From Lytechinus pictus (lineage: Eukaryota), in assembly GCF_037042905.1 (NCBI RefSeq), contig NC_087252.1, forward strand, positions 16,494,001-16,558,000: a stretch of 64,000 nt of DNA. The letters run 5' to 3'. The translations under genes and the position numbers were made by a program. Shown piece after piece: positions 51,798 through 64,000 of the stretch (positions are counted from its first letter, which is position 1; every line of letters starts with the position of its first letter). The notes below the pieces were generated by a model, which saw only the letters and a list, made by a program, of their open reading frames with translations, did not search any database and was not told where the DNA came from.

Positions 51798-52498
51798 TTA
51801 ATGTGAGGATTCCAATAAATTTCAGTTTGTTTATTATAACATTTTGAGACAATAAACTCTATAAAACTCGGTCTGAGATCTCTGTTAGGCCGATTATATT
51901 GCAAACTGATCAACTAAATGAGTTGTTATACACTGCAAAAACGCTTTAAGCACGTTGATCAAACTCGTTGATCGACAATGCTATATATGTTATTTAAAGT
52001 TATAAAAAAGGGGTGTTTAAAAGGTCAAACAATTTAAAAAAGCAATTAATATTGTTTAAAAGTTAAAAAGTTATAGCGACGGGCTTAAACAAAGTGCTAT
52101 TTTAACCGTGTGGAAAGGTGGAGCACGGTGCCCCCGGTACTACAAGGGTTAGTGATGACCCCCCCCCCCCCCCCCCCCCCGTGCAGTTTATCCTATAAAG
52201 CGTTTCCTTTCAGATATTACTGCCTTCCCTTTTCCATTATTCCTAGAGGCAAATTGATCCTATCACCTTATGGCTTATAAATGACATCAATTCGGTGACG
52301 GTCTATCCTTTTGTGCTCTGAAAAGATCTTTGAATCAAAATCAGTTAAATCAATGTTACTTCCGTTTTTTCTTATCAAAATTATGATATTTTACAACATA
52401 ACAAATTGAAGGAACGGAGGCCAACACCATTGCGACTATATTATTACGTAGCGAACTACAGGGGGGGGCAAGCAAAGGAAGATGTCCCCTGTCCCACA

Positions 52499-52650
52499 GG
52501 GAGCGTTTCATCAACATTTTCGTCCGACAAGTTGTCAGTGTCAGGTCTGACAGCTTTCCTTGATTTTGATTGGCTGAGAAGCACTGTTACCAAGGTAACT
52601 GTCGGATAATATGGGGACTTGTCGGATATAAGTCTTTTCATGAAACGCCC
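52499..52650. mobile_element. Harbinger-type MITE
   Basis: GGGAGCGTTTCAT ... ATGAAACGCCC termini. Confidence 0.75.
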
Positions 52651-53251
52651 AAGATCTCTGTCAAATCCTATATGCTTATTTAGTTTTATGATTTATTTAA
52701 ACAAAAGAACAAATCGGGAAGTGTTCCTGATGACTCTTTAACCTACATCGTTGTTTTATTTTCAAAAATGATTATATAGCTCGATCGCTTCGTTTTGTAT
52801 TGAGCGCTTTACATGCAGAGGGGCTATAGTTTTGTATAAGTCCCCGATGCTATTTTGGATATTCCGAAAGATAAATCGCCCCCATCCCTTTATTAAATAT
52901 TTCGCCATTTATTTTGTATTTCTATTTCTTATGCCTCAGGTGCGATTTAGCTTTTTTCCAGGGGGGGGGGGGTGACCAGACGGACCGTCACCTTTTTAAA
53001 CCCCCTTAGGTGATGTTTTCCAGGCATCTATACTAATGCAAAGGAGTCACTTAAAGGAAGTTCATGATAACATCTTTTTAAATCAAGTATAATAGTTTAA
53101 TACACAGTCCCATAGCTATATTATGATTGTGTTTGGTAAAAAAAAATCCACCAATGAATTATCTATGTATTAATGATATGGTAATCAAGCTACATACTTT
53201 TGTGAAACTTTTTATGGTGGAATAATTGCGTAAACAAAAAAAGTTAATTGT

Positions 53252-53285
<34 letters not shown>

Positions 53286-55373
53286 GATAGCTGAACATGT
53301 TGATATACTGACCTGCAAAAGTACTTGTTTGCAGTGAACAATCGATGCAAGCGCGAAGCGCGAGCTATAAAAAAATTGAGATTCCGACCTGAAAATTGGA
53401 TCGACACTCTTTGGTAATCATGCACATTATTTTATTTAAAACTTGGCAGCCAAGGGGGCGGGGTTTAAACCCACTACCCCCCGTATATCACGGGACACAT
53501 TGTGTCTACAGAGAGATACTGCAGTGGTCGGGCCTGGCATTCATATGGACTTACTTTTCAAGTAATAATATTTAAAAAAATGGAGAGGAATAAAAATGAA
53601 TAATAAGGAAAGGAATAAAGGAGAAGTTAGACTATAAAAAAGAGGTCTGACTCGCGCCCTCCACCCTGCTTTGCCGCTGGTGAAAAAAGTATAATGACAC
53701 ATTAATTTGTTTATTCCCCAAAGTCTATTGGATTATTGCCATGATCGAGAGGTTCGATCAACATGTTTTTCAATGCCTATAGTTGATAAACATTCTAAAT
53801 CAACATACAATAGTGTCATATAACATTTTCATCCGATGTAAAAAATAACAAAAAGTGCATGGAAAGAAAATATTAGGACAAATTTCGAAGAGTCGGCTTA
53901 CACCACGGTGCAGTGTTAAACAATGGAGATAATTTTACAGATATCTATACATTATAGACAACCCAATCATGCCAATGGCACGCGTTCCACTCCCTACTTT
54001 ACTCAGAGTCGATAAAAGAAGAGGGAAGAAGGAAGGGGAGAGGGGGGGGGGGAGGTAGCAGTGGCGTAATGAGAGAAAAAAATCGAGGGGGCCTAACATG
54101 AGATATGATTCAGAATTTCTAACAACTGCGAGCGACGCGAGCGAGCAAAAAACTTGTGAAAGCTTTTGACATTATCAAATTTCAGAAAATAATATCATTA
54201 TGCCTCTTTTTTCCTTTTCTTTCTTTCCCTCCCTTTTTTCTTGGGAGTGATTTTTTTTTAATTGGGGGGGGGGGTGTCCGTGGCCCCAAGCCCCCCATAT
54301 GAAAGTCGGTGGGGGAGGGGAGGAGGAACAAGGGGGGGTAGCACGCTTAATATCTAGCTCTGAAATAATTTTAAAATGCGAGTAATTTCTTTAAAACCGT
54401 AATGTATGTTTGACTGGAGCAGAAACAAAAGCAACAAGGGCAACGCCATTAAAAATAAAATACCGTTTACCTAATTCCTTATGTCAATTTCAGAAGAATG
54501 ATAATCTCTTTTTAAAACAAAATGAGAAAAACAATTCCTGAAAATGATTTAAACAAAATTAATGTTGGAGCCAGGGGCAGATCCAGAGGACGCCCCAGAA
54601 CTATAATTCTAATATTTTTTTCCTTCTATTTTTTGTGGTGGTGGTGGTGGTGGGGGGGGGGGGAGAGGGGGGTTAAAACTGCTGGTGGCCGTGATCAATT
54701 TGACTTATGTGACGTCATATTTGTTTGGCATATGTTTTTTGGACACCCCTCCTGGATAAATCCTGGATCCCCCCTAATTGGAAGTAGAGTCACTGAGGCT
54801 AAATTTGAGAGGGCCAGTCATTCAATTCAATTCAATTCAATTCAATTTATTTTCCATTCTTCAACATAATACAAATAATTACATGATAAATCAATTCAAT
54901 TTAAATAAAAGCATGAACAAACTTCAACACTGAATAAATAATATACATATTCAATAAGTGATTCAAATATAAATTAACATGCATGTCAAATTTAAATCAA
55001 TATAATCAATATAATTAAATATAATTAAATCGATATAATCATATATCATGAGAAGAATGGAGGGGTCCACTGAAAAGCAAAGCTTAATGTGTACCCCTCA
55101 AAAAATTAGGATAGAAAGAATATTGAGATATACGTAAAGGAATACATGAAGATAACGAAAGGGGCAAAAAAGATCTTATATACAGGATTGTGAAATTCAG
55201 AGACAAAAGACAATAACATGAGGGTGGACAATAGTACGATGACAACTGCCTAGAATATAGAAAGAAAAATAGAGATAGGGAGAGGGATGCAAAGCTAATC
55301 TGCTGCGTATGTCTACACATACATACACGTCATGTACATATACACATATATATATACATACATATACTTTTTT

Positions 55374-56066
55374 TTATATTTTACTTAATATTTCTTTATA
55401 GTTCAGATCATCTTTTAATCTAAAATCAACTGAAAATATTACTCCTAAAATTTTAACTTCCCTAACATATTTTCCAAATACATATACAGGGTCATTTGTT
55501 TTTCCATTTTCCTTACCCATGTACATAAAATGTGTCTTGTCCATATTTACCTTTAAGCCACTGACTTTTTCAAATTCTTCAAAAATATAATGCAACCTTT
55601 TTATTGAATCCATGTCTTTCAAAAAGATTGTCATATCATCGGCATACAATACCTGTCTTATTTCATGCTCCCCCAAACTTATCCCTTTAATAATTTTGTC
55701 TCTTCTTATTTCATGCGCCAGTAATTCTATTGCAATCAAAAACAAATAGGGCGACAGTGGGTCACCTTGTCTGACCCCCTTTCTACATGAAAGTAACCGG
55801 TGGAATACCCTCCATTCATAACACAACTACTTATATTCTTATATAGTATTTTCACCCAAGAACAAAATGACTCCCCAAAACCAAAAAAAATGAGTGCTTT
55901 CAATAAGTATTGATGAGATATAGAGTCAAAAGCTTTTTCAAAATCTACCGCAATCAAAAATCCTTGTCCTTGCTCCAAGTAATGTCTAGAGTAAAATAAT
56001 ATATCTTCTATTAGTCGAACTGCTTCCCCAATATTTCTATCTTTTATGTATCCCACCTGATCATAA
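55374..56066 (-). mobile_element. L1/Tx1-clade LINE reverse transcriptase fragment with one frameshift
   Basis: DQVGYIKDRNI, AVDFEKAFDSI, GVRQGDPLSPYLF, LYADD, SGLKVN, ILGV motifs in two overlapping frames. Confidence 0.92.
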
Positions 56067-56334
56067 TGAATATACACCCATACACACGCACACATACACA
56101 CACACACATACGGACATACACATATACAATATAAAAAGTAGAATATAATGTATAGACAAGCTATAACTTTTGTATTTTAAATCTTTTAAGTCATGTCATA
56201 TGGGATAAAATTTCTACAAATCTGAGACCTCTCAATACAAAAAAATCTGAAACAGATTTTGACATAATATTGAGAAAACCAAAAAATTATTTAAACCCTT
56301 TTCCTTTCCTTTTTTTCTCTTCTTTTTTGTCGTG

Positions 56335-56399
56335 ATTATTTATTTCTTTATTTCTTTCTTTCTTTCTTTATTTATTTATTTATTTATTTATTTATTTGT

Positions 56400-56430
<31 letters not shown>

Positions 56431-56483
56431 TTCATTTATTTATTTATTTATTTATTTATTTTCTATTTTTTCTATTTATATAT

Positions 56484-56582
<99 letters not shown>

Positions 56583-56620
56583 CTTATTTATTTATTTATT
56601 TATCTATTTATTATTATTAA
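56335..56620. repeat. (TTTA)n microsatellite
   Basis: Direct reading. Confidence 0.95.
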
Positions 56621-56852
56621 TTTTTTTTTTGGGGGGGATGCCCCCAAGCCCCAATCTGTGTGCCAGTAATTGGAGGGCAAAGGGAACTCGGAGTGGTATT
56701 GCAACAGCAGGGGCCGCGGAAGCGGGGGGGGGGGGTGCTTTTTTCCAAAACCGTGTACAAAAACGTAAAAGTTACCATATGATTGTGATTTTTTGCATGG
56801 TCAGCCCCCCACTTTGAAAACCGTAGGACCATCAGAACAGTTAACTGCATGG

Positions 56853-58230
56853 CAACCGCGTAGCCAGGATTTCATTTTGGAGGGGGCGGTAAATGCACGC
56901 GAAGCGTGCCAACACTTACAGAGCGTGCGAAGCGCGCTCCCTAGGGGGTGGGTGGCGGGAGGGGGAGATTCCCCCTCCCGCGCGAAGCGCGAAGCTGTTG
57001 GTGTTTCATAAATTAAAATGAAAAGGAGCCGTCTCTCTTGTCTCTAGTACCTATATCAGCTCCAATTCAGTTGACTATATTGTGATTTTGAACCTTGTTT
57101 TCAAAAGGAAGCTAAAGCGTTTTATCAATTTTTTTGCCATGAAAAGGGTCCCGAGAAAAGGATATTCTCAAAGATATATTGAATACTTCCCTTGGAAATA
57201 TCAGATTTGATTACAAACAATATAGCGACAGTGCATATCTTTAACTCGCAAAACAGAGGAAAAGAAGTGTATATGCAGGGAGGAAGATATTCCTCCCCGC
57301 GCAGAGCAATAAAACTCTGAAATTTCAAAGGGCGGACGTTTCATCAAATGCAGATATATCTAATACCCCATCGGTTCTAATTCAATTGATTTCCTAAGAT
57401 TATTGAACTTCATTACAAGGAAAATAGTGCGCAAAAAGTTGAAACTTCTGTGATTTATTAAAATTATATAAAAAAGGATGCCTAATTTCTTTGACTTATC
57501 CTGAAGCGCTTCATTTGAATTATAAAGAAACCTAAGTGTCATTCAAAATTTCACACTGAGGGCAAACAACAGGACAGGAGATGAATGTGCAGGGAAATAA
57601 CATGAAGATTAATAGAATTTGAAAAAAAAATATTGTACTTTTTTATTTAATACGACACGAATTTTATACATTCCTCTTTTTAAATTAGGAACCTGTTTGC
57701 CCCAAATTATGGTTGTTTAGTGATGACCTGAAAAGCAGGAGAAGTTGACTTTATGGAGGTGACGGCAAAAATTTATATAAAGATTTTACCCGCCCGGAGC
57801 CGACCGGACCAGAGGTTGCGCGATCAATTAAAAAAAAAGATAACTTCATATACTTCGGCCTAACCTTACTCGAATTCCATGCCCTATTCTATACATTTGA
57901 ACTTTAACTGGCAAGAAACACATATAGCTGAGGTGGAAAAGCAGGGTTAGAGAAAGGGTGGGGGAAACAATGGAGAAACATCAATTATTGTCATTTAACC
58001 GCGCGCAGCGCGGAAGCAAAATTCATATATAAATTTAGAGCAAGAGTGAAGGAGTTTCTCTTTTGAGAAAAAAAAAAAGAACAAAAACCCGACAAAGCTA
58101 CCTTACTTCCCTTTCCTACCTTCCCTTTTCTTTTTTTCCTCTCTTTTTTCCCTTCTTTTTTTTATTTTTGGGGACGTTTTGGGGGGGGGGGGGGCGACCG
58201 CCCCCACCGCCCCCCCTGGCTACGCGCCTG
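56853..58230. mobile_element. hAT-like non-autonomous element
   Basis: Termini CAACCGCGTAGCCAGG / CCTGGCTACGCGCCTG; both flanks contain TGCATGG but not as an exact in-register 8-bp TSD. Confidence 0.65.
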
Positions 58231-61200
58231 CAGTGCATGGGGGAAAACAGGAAAGTCAGTTTGCGCTGAAACAGTGATGTCGCCCTCACTCGACTAAATT
58301 CATCAACGAACTGCAGCTGCAACCGGGTCGATCGCTATGCTGTCTGCACTCTCTTCAACATAAGTGCGAAACATAAGTTGTTTGAAAATAACCTTTATTC
58401 CTTGAATCCTTGATGAACACAAAGAAACATTAAATCAGAGGTTTACATTATATCTTTTATTTATCAGTATCGTCATTATGATTTTTAATAATTTATTTGA
58501 TAGTGGCTTTAAATATGCTGTTTCGATCACAATGATTATTTTGACCTGACATGCATGTATTTCTTTGTTAATGATTGCATATCCATTATTGTTGCTTGCC
58601 TTTTTATGGAACAGGTTTTTTCCTTCTTTTATCTCTGTTCGATTGAAGGTAATGTAATTATATGTGCGTGACATATGTAAACTGCATGTTCTTATAAATT
58701 CATTTAAAAATCATGATATTACATAGTTTTTACTTTGCAAGCAATACTAGCATTGACTAAGCAAATTGAACGTTAGTTTGTTGGTCTATTATCTACCAGG
58801 ATTATCTATAACCCAATAATATACATTAGAAATCTCCAATAATCAAAGAAGAATTCAGAGTACAAGGTAAAAAAACCCCAAAGCACCCCAATAAATCGCA
58901 TCGTTAAAACTTCCAAAATAATTCATCACATAGAAATATAGAGTTCATACGTCTTTTCGACAATCATTAAAAACAAATATCACAGTTAATGCACCCCCCG
59001 AAAAAAAATGGGGAAAAAGTCAAAGTTTATAATCTGGACTATTGTGAATGTGTGGTTTGACATTTATTATTTCCATTATTTTCTTTTCAATAATGATGCA
59101 TGATTAGCATGAATAAGATTTTCATTGGCGTATATAGATCAAGATGAAAATGAGAAACTGGTCATCATGCAGCAATTTTGGTAACTGTAAACGCTGCCCT
59201 CTGTTATTTTGACTGGCACAAGTTGCTGTTGTTTTTAAGTGTAATCACCATTAAATATCCACTGTTCTAATTTGTGATGTATAATTTTATTTTTGTAAAT
59301 GGCAGTGGGATTCCTTACAGATCTAAACTGATGCGCTATATAAAAACTGCATTATTAATTATCGTCATTATTATTATTCTGCTCTTCACTAAACGCATCG
59401 AAATGATCATGAAGATAATGTAAATTCCCTTTTCAGGGAAACCCTTTTCAATGATAAATCAAATGTATAAATTATTTTTATTCCTCGGGGTCCGCTCCAG
59501 TTTCCCACCCGGTTCTCCTCCCTCCCGAAATTCATATTTTTGATATATCAAATAGTTCATTATTATTTTCCCAACTGTTTGGAATTCCACTCCAAGTATG
59601 GTCATACATACATTTTATTTCAAGATAAGTCATTAAAGGTCCCTCTTATTTATATCTCACTAATCATTGTTTTAATCGCATGCTATTAACATGGTTTTAT
59701 TCTGTGTTACTTTGATGATGAAGATATGCCTGTGTAATAATAATATATTTTAAGTTCTTGTTTCAGAACTTAAGGTTTCTGTCGATTTTGTAGTTTTCAT
59801 TCATTCAATGCTGATAATGTCATCACGGCAATGTTTTCTTTACGATATTACTTTATTTCGTATTATTTTATGCACTCCTAATAATTTGCAATGTATATAC
59901 AAGTCATGTACAAAATAATGTTCTTTTAAAATTATTTCAATTTGAATGAAAAATGAAATTATCATCGCCGTATTTTCTGTCAATCTCCCATAAATCTCTT
60001 TCTTTTATCCCTCCCATCTCCTTTTCTTTCTTCTCCTCCTAGATCCGTCTCTGCGCGCGCTTTTTACCTTTTATCTCCCCCTCTCCACTATCTCCCCCTC
60101 TCTTACTGTTTCTCACTTTCTCTCTCTCTCCTGCAACATGTTTAATACATCTCTAATTAATATATTCTCAACCCCGATCACTCTTTTCAGCCCGCCTTCA
60201 GTGATCGAGCTACTACCTCAAGTGAGAGCCCTTTCTCCTGAATCAATTACACGTAACCTTCCCATAAATCGATATCAAAAACAAGGAAACCAACTTGTTG
60301 GTTTTACGATTGGGAATGTACAATGTAACTCCACGTTTCAAGATTCCACATATCTCGCCTCCCTTTTCTTCATCTTCTATTTACGCAGCTGAACCTCGTA
60401 ACACGCCTCGGTTTGCGAGAAGTCATAAAGCGTCCTCTATTGTTCAAATTCATAATAGCTTTGTTCTCCGCTCATACTGCACAGCATTCATTACGGAGAA
60501 TTCGACCATGTTCATTTTCCACACCTTTGTTCCATTGTATTTACTTGTGATCTGAGAATAGACCCAAATAAATCAATGAACTCTCATGATTATACATTAT
60601 GATGGATGGGAATAATGCCCATGCATCCATACATCCAAAAGGGCTGGCTCTGAAATTTAGCTTTTGAAAAGTCGATGGTAAGTGCAAGTGGGAGAATGTC
60701 GCAAGTTATGAAAGGAATATTGTTCAAAATATTTTATATATCCATTCGTTATCATAGTTATATATTCTACATCTTCTGAGGTGACTATTAAAGACTAAGC
60801 TTTCTATCTATATAATACTCATAATACACAATGAACAATAAAGCAGATAATCTATGATCAATATATTGAATGCAGTTTGGTGAAAAAAGGCGGTACGACA
60901 CAAAAAATAATTCAATTCGAACCCGACTAATATGACTAAAGCGAATTAAGTTGAATAAATGGAAAAACAAGCAATAAAAAGAGAATCTACATCATATTTT
61001 TCTTTATTTCATGAGAAGCTAAATCTCGTCTGTTTATCTAATATTGTAACCAGCTGGTAACTATTTCTATATCTTTCGGCTTCAATTTTTAAAAGTTTTT
61101 AAATTACATAAACTAATATTGGTTGTTTTTTCTCCCAAGACAGTGACATGGGCTATGAAAAATGTATTTATTAAAGGCAACTCATTTAGAATAAAATGAC

Positions 61201-61429
61201 AATACAAATTCTTGTTGCAATGAAGTAAAGTAGTCTTCCTTTTGTAGGAATATAATTATGAAGAGCCATATCTGTATCGAATAACTATTGATGGACAGGA
61301 TAGAGTCGCCAAGCTAGCGACAATAATAATGGAAAATGATAATAATAAAAGTCACCGAAATTAATGAAAAAAGGACGAAGGAATAGGAATAAAATAATAA
61401 CTTAATGAGACAAAAGGGATGTAGGGGAT

Positions 61430-61907
61430 GGGAGAAGAAGAAGAAAAAGGAGAAGAAGAAGAAGAAGAAGAAGTAGTAGAGGAAGAGAAAGAGGTTGTTG
61501 TGATGGTGTTGACGATATTGATGATGTTGGCAGTGGTGTTTGTGGTGGTGGAGGTGCTGGTGGTGATGATGCCAATAACGATGACGAAGGTGATGATGAT
61601 AATGACGATGATGGTGATAAGGATGATGATGAAGCTGATGATGATAAAGATGATGAGGATGATGACGATGATGATAACGATGACGACGGTAATGGTGATG
61701 ATGACGATGATGGTGATGAGGATGATGATGAAGATGATGATGATAACGATGGCGACGTTATTGATGATGATGACCGGATAATGGTGATGAGGATGATGAT
61801 GAAGATGATGATGATGGCGATGATGATGATGATAATGATGAATGATGATGATAGTGATGATGATGATGAAGAAGATGATAGTGATGATGATGATGATAAC
61901 GACGATG
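61430..61907. repeat. Compound (GAA)n/(GAT)n trinucleotide repeat
   Basis: Direct reading. Confidence 0.95.
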
Positions 61908-62689
61908 CAAAATCGCGTCCAGCTGTAAGATTAAGAATCCACATAATGTCTTTATAGTATTCGTTGGATAGTCTGAAGAAATGAGTGGGGGGTGAGGGTC
62001 CCATTTCATTTACCCCTGGAAAGCAAATAATTTAATTTCAAATTGATTAGATTCCGGAAAATACATCTTTTCATGGTAAGGACAAAGCTATTTCCAATCC
62101 ATTGACGTCGTCGATATTAAAGTTGAAGATTTTGTTTGCCAACTGCGGAGAGCTCAATGTTTGCTTTATTTTTTTTTTTGAATATTCATTTTTATGTTTA
62201 AATATTAATACGAATATCTGCTGGAATGTCTATTCTTATTCTCTTGGATAGCGTCAACTGATTTTCTTTTTCACTATTGTCATGGCATGGAAAAGGTCTT
62301 GCGGTGAGCCCATTGTTTATCTGCATTGACTTTGCGTGTTACACGCTTAATGAGCTGCCATGCGTGTAATATAATGAAGCACACGTCTACTGGCCCGGCA
62401 CACGCCGGTCGCGTGCCGCTCGACAATGCAGGCAGATGCCTGTCTGCGGAAAACCGTTTATCATTCATTCCCCTATCAAAAATGCTTCCATTTCTCAACA
62501 AACACTTTACCTTTTATTACCTTTTATAACCACAAAGTATTACAATTATTAATGTAGAAGCAATTAGCGCGCTTCAGTTTGATCGTAAAATATCACCAAG
62601 ATGATAAAAGGGTGTAATTATTGCCAATTTTTAAAGTTAAGAGTCACGCACGGACTTCATAATCCGCGAAGTAAAAAAAGCAAATATCC

Positions 62690-62800
62690 TCTCACACAGT
62701 ACAGGGCGTGGCTACCAGGCCAGTTGAGAGTACAGTTTGCGCATGCGTGTTAACAGTATTGAAGAGGAGACAGATTCTGCGCCGGTTTATCGCATCTCAT
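62690..62800 (+). promoter_or_regulatory. Candidate promoter of a plus-strand gene
   Basis: GC-box-like GGGCGTGGC 62704-62712 and NRF1-like TGCGCATGCG 62738-62747 in a CpG-retaining, repeat-free stretch upstream of a candidate first exon. Confidence 0.35.
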
Positions 62801-63173
62801 AATATGCTACTTTTTGTGAAGTATGCCCATCGATAATTGTACGCGTCACCAACATTTCTTACATTTTTTTTTCTTTGATTGATCTGTTTCGTACACAAAC
62901 CGCCTACGTTACACCCTTGTAACATCTTGTATCTCACTTTTAAACATTCCCGGCCCTAGAATATCAATAAATTCTGGTATTTGAACTTGACACGATCGCT
63001 GGACATTCTGTGACGGATTTCAACTCATGGAATTATATTTTACTTTTATTGCACTCGATTTGATTTAATTGGAATTTATCATCTGGAAGATACACATAGT
63101 TTTGTTTCAGAAGTTGTTTTTCTTTATTTGATTGGGATCTGATGTCTACTACGTGACCTAACCCAGCTTCGAG

Positions 63174-63210
63174 ATGAAAGAGATTTTCCTCGTCATTATC
63201 ATCTTCCATG
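63174..63210 (+). CDS. Candidate first coding exon encoding a signal-peptide-like N-terminus (MKEIFLVIIIFH)
   Basis: gagATG start, basic residue then hydrophobic run, phase-1 donor G|gtaaga at 63211; the rest of the gene was not identified in the window. Confidence 0.4.
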
Positions 63211-64000
63211 GTAAGAACATATTTCATGTCTATTTTAATCATTTTGATGATTTTAAAGTTTATTTAGTCAGGGTGACCTCCTGTTGTATAATACCAAACA
63301 GCTGAAATGATTTATATCTTCTGAAAAGCTCATTCCCTGTGCATAGTTAACCACTGCTTTAAATGATTAAAGTTCCGTTGATGGACGATGGCACACTCTT
63401 TTAACCATTTTAGCCATCCCCAAAGTTGGTTCAAATGTGAACCTACGAACTATTGGTTAAAATTTTTTTCAATTCTTTTTACACGCAAGTTTGTTTAACA
63501 AACATTTGGTAGGTTCATACTCACATGCACTAGCTGAAAAAAAAAAAAAATCTGAGAGTGCGTGCAAAAACCTTCAAACGATTCGTTTCCCTTATGCCAG
63601 GGGAAGCTGTTGTATTTATTTTTAATCAAACAAAGATGATATTAAAAAAAAAATCAAATCATAGTTCTGTTATGCTGTGGGATGAAATGCAATCGAGAAC
63701 AAGAATAATGTTATGAATTCATATCAATGTTAACATGTTTGATGAAATACAAAACGCGTGGCATGTTAGAAAAATATGCGATGCCTTTTCTGCCATTCTT
63801 TACCTTTGCAAATCTAAAGTTTGTATCTTGTGCCTTTTCGCAATGCATTTCATCGAGGTCGGTATGATATTATTCCCCTACTATAGCCCAAGTTTCAACA
63901 CTAAGCGCTCATGTTATTTCCCTTTCCCCCACATGCAGTTAAGCGATTAAGATATCTTGACATATGATATTTTCTTCAAGTCACAAAAAAGGGATGAAAA

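Noticed and set aside
56332..56817. 161-aa IYLF-repeat ORF
   Set aside because: Translation of a (TTTA)n microsatellite
60020..60560. Possible plus-strand exons after polypyrimidine-AG sites
   Set aside because: No convincing donor sites or recognisable protein; may be regulatory DNA, but this cannot be supported from sequence alone
61402..62009. Ser-, Met- and His-rich ORFs
   Set aside because: Translation of a GAT/GAA trinucleotide repeat with no splice or domain support
63033..63242. 69-aa minus-strand ORF
   Set aside because: No recognisable domain or splice support; the plus-strand first-exon reading fits the local signals better

Overview
AT-rich, intron-rich animal genomic DNA; the repeat landscape resembles a sea urchin genome (inference from repeat style only). 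One complete protein-coding gene can be assembled by hand on the minus strand: a 10-coding-exon SLC20/PiT sodium-phosphate cotransporter (ATG 45701, stop 25340-25342, 1638 nt, 545 aa, all introns GT-AG with consistent phases), with a probable non-coding first exon/promoter near 48.7-49.4 kb and probably a long 3' UTR. The left part (about 4.0-15.2 kb) is a decayed PIF/Harbinger DNA transposon whose DDE transposase is split by introns and pseudogenised. The rest holds many non-autonomous elements, often with exact target-site duplications (TSDs): 8-bp-TSD hAT-like, TTAA Kolobok-like and piggyBac-like, TA-flanked Tc1/pogo-like, Harbinger-type MITEs, a Helentron-like element, tRNA-derived SINEs, and CR1 and L1/Tx1 fragments. 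A possible signal-peptide first exon of a second gene lies at 63174-63210 (+). Most notable observations: the intron-containing Harbinger relic with extra orphan exon-like modules; enriched TA-NN-N'N'-TA palindromes that look like transposon excision footprints; a fixed-spacing CCAAT + RFX X-box module shared by different MITE families; a transposon-borne array of perfect DR1 sites in an SLC20 intron. No CRISPR array, rRNA or true tRNA gene is supported.
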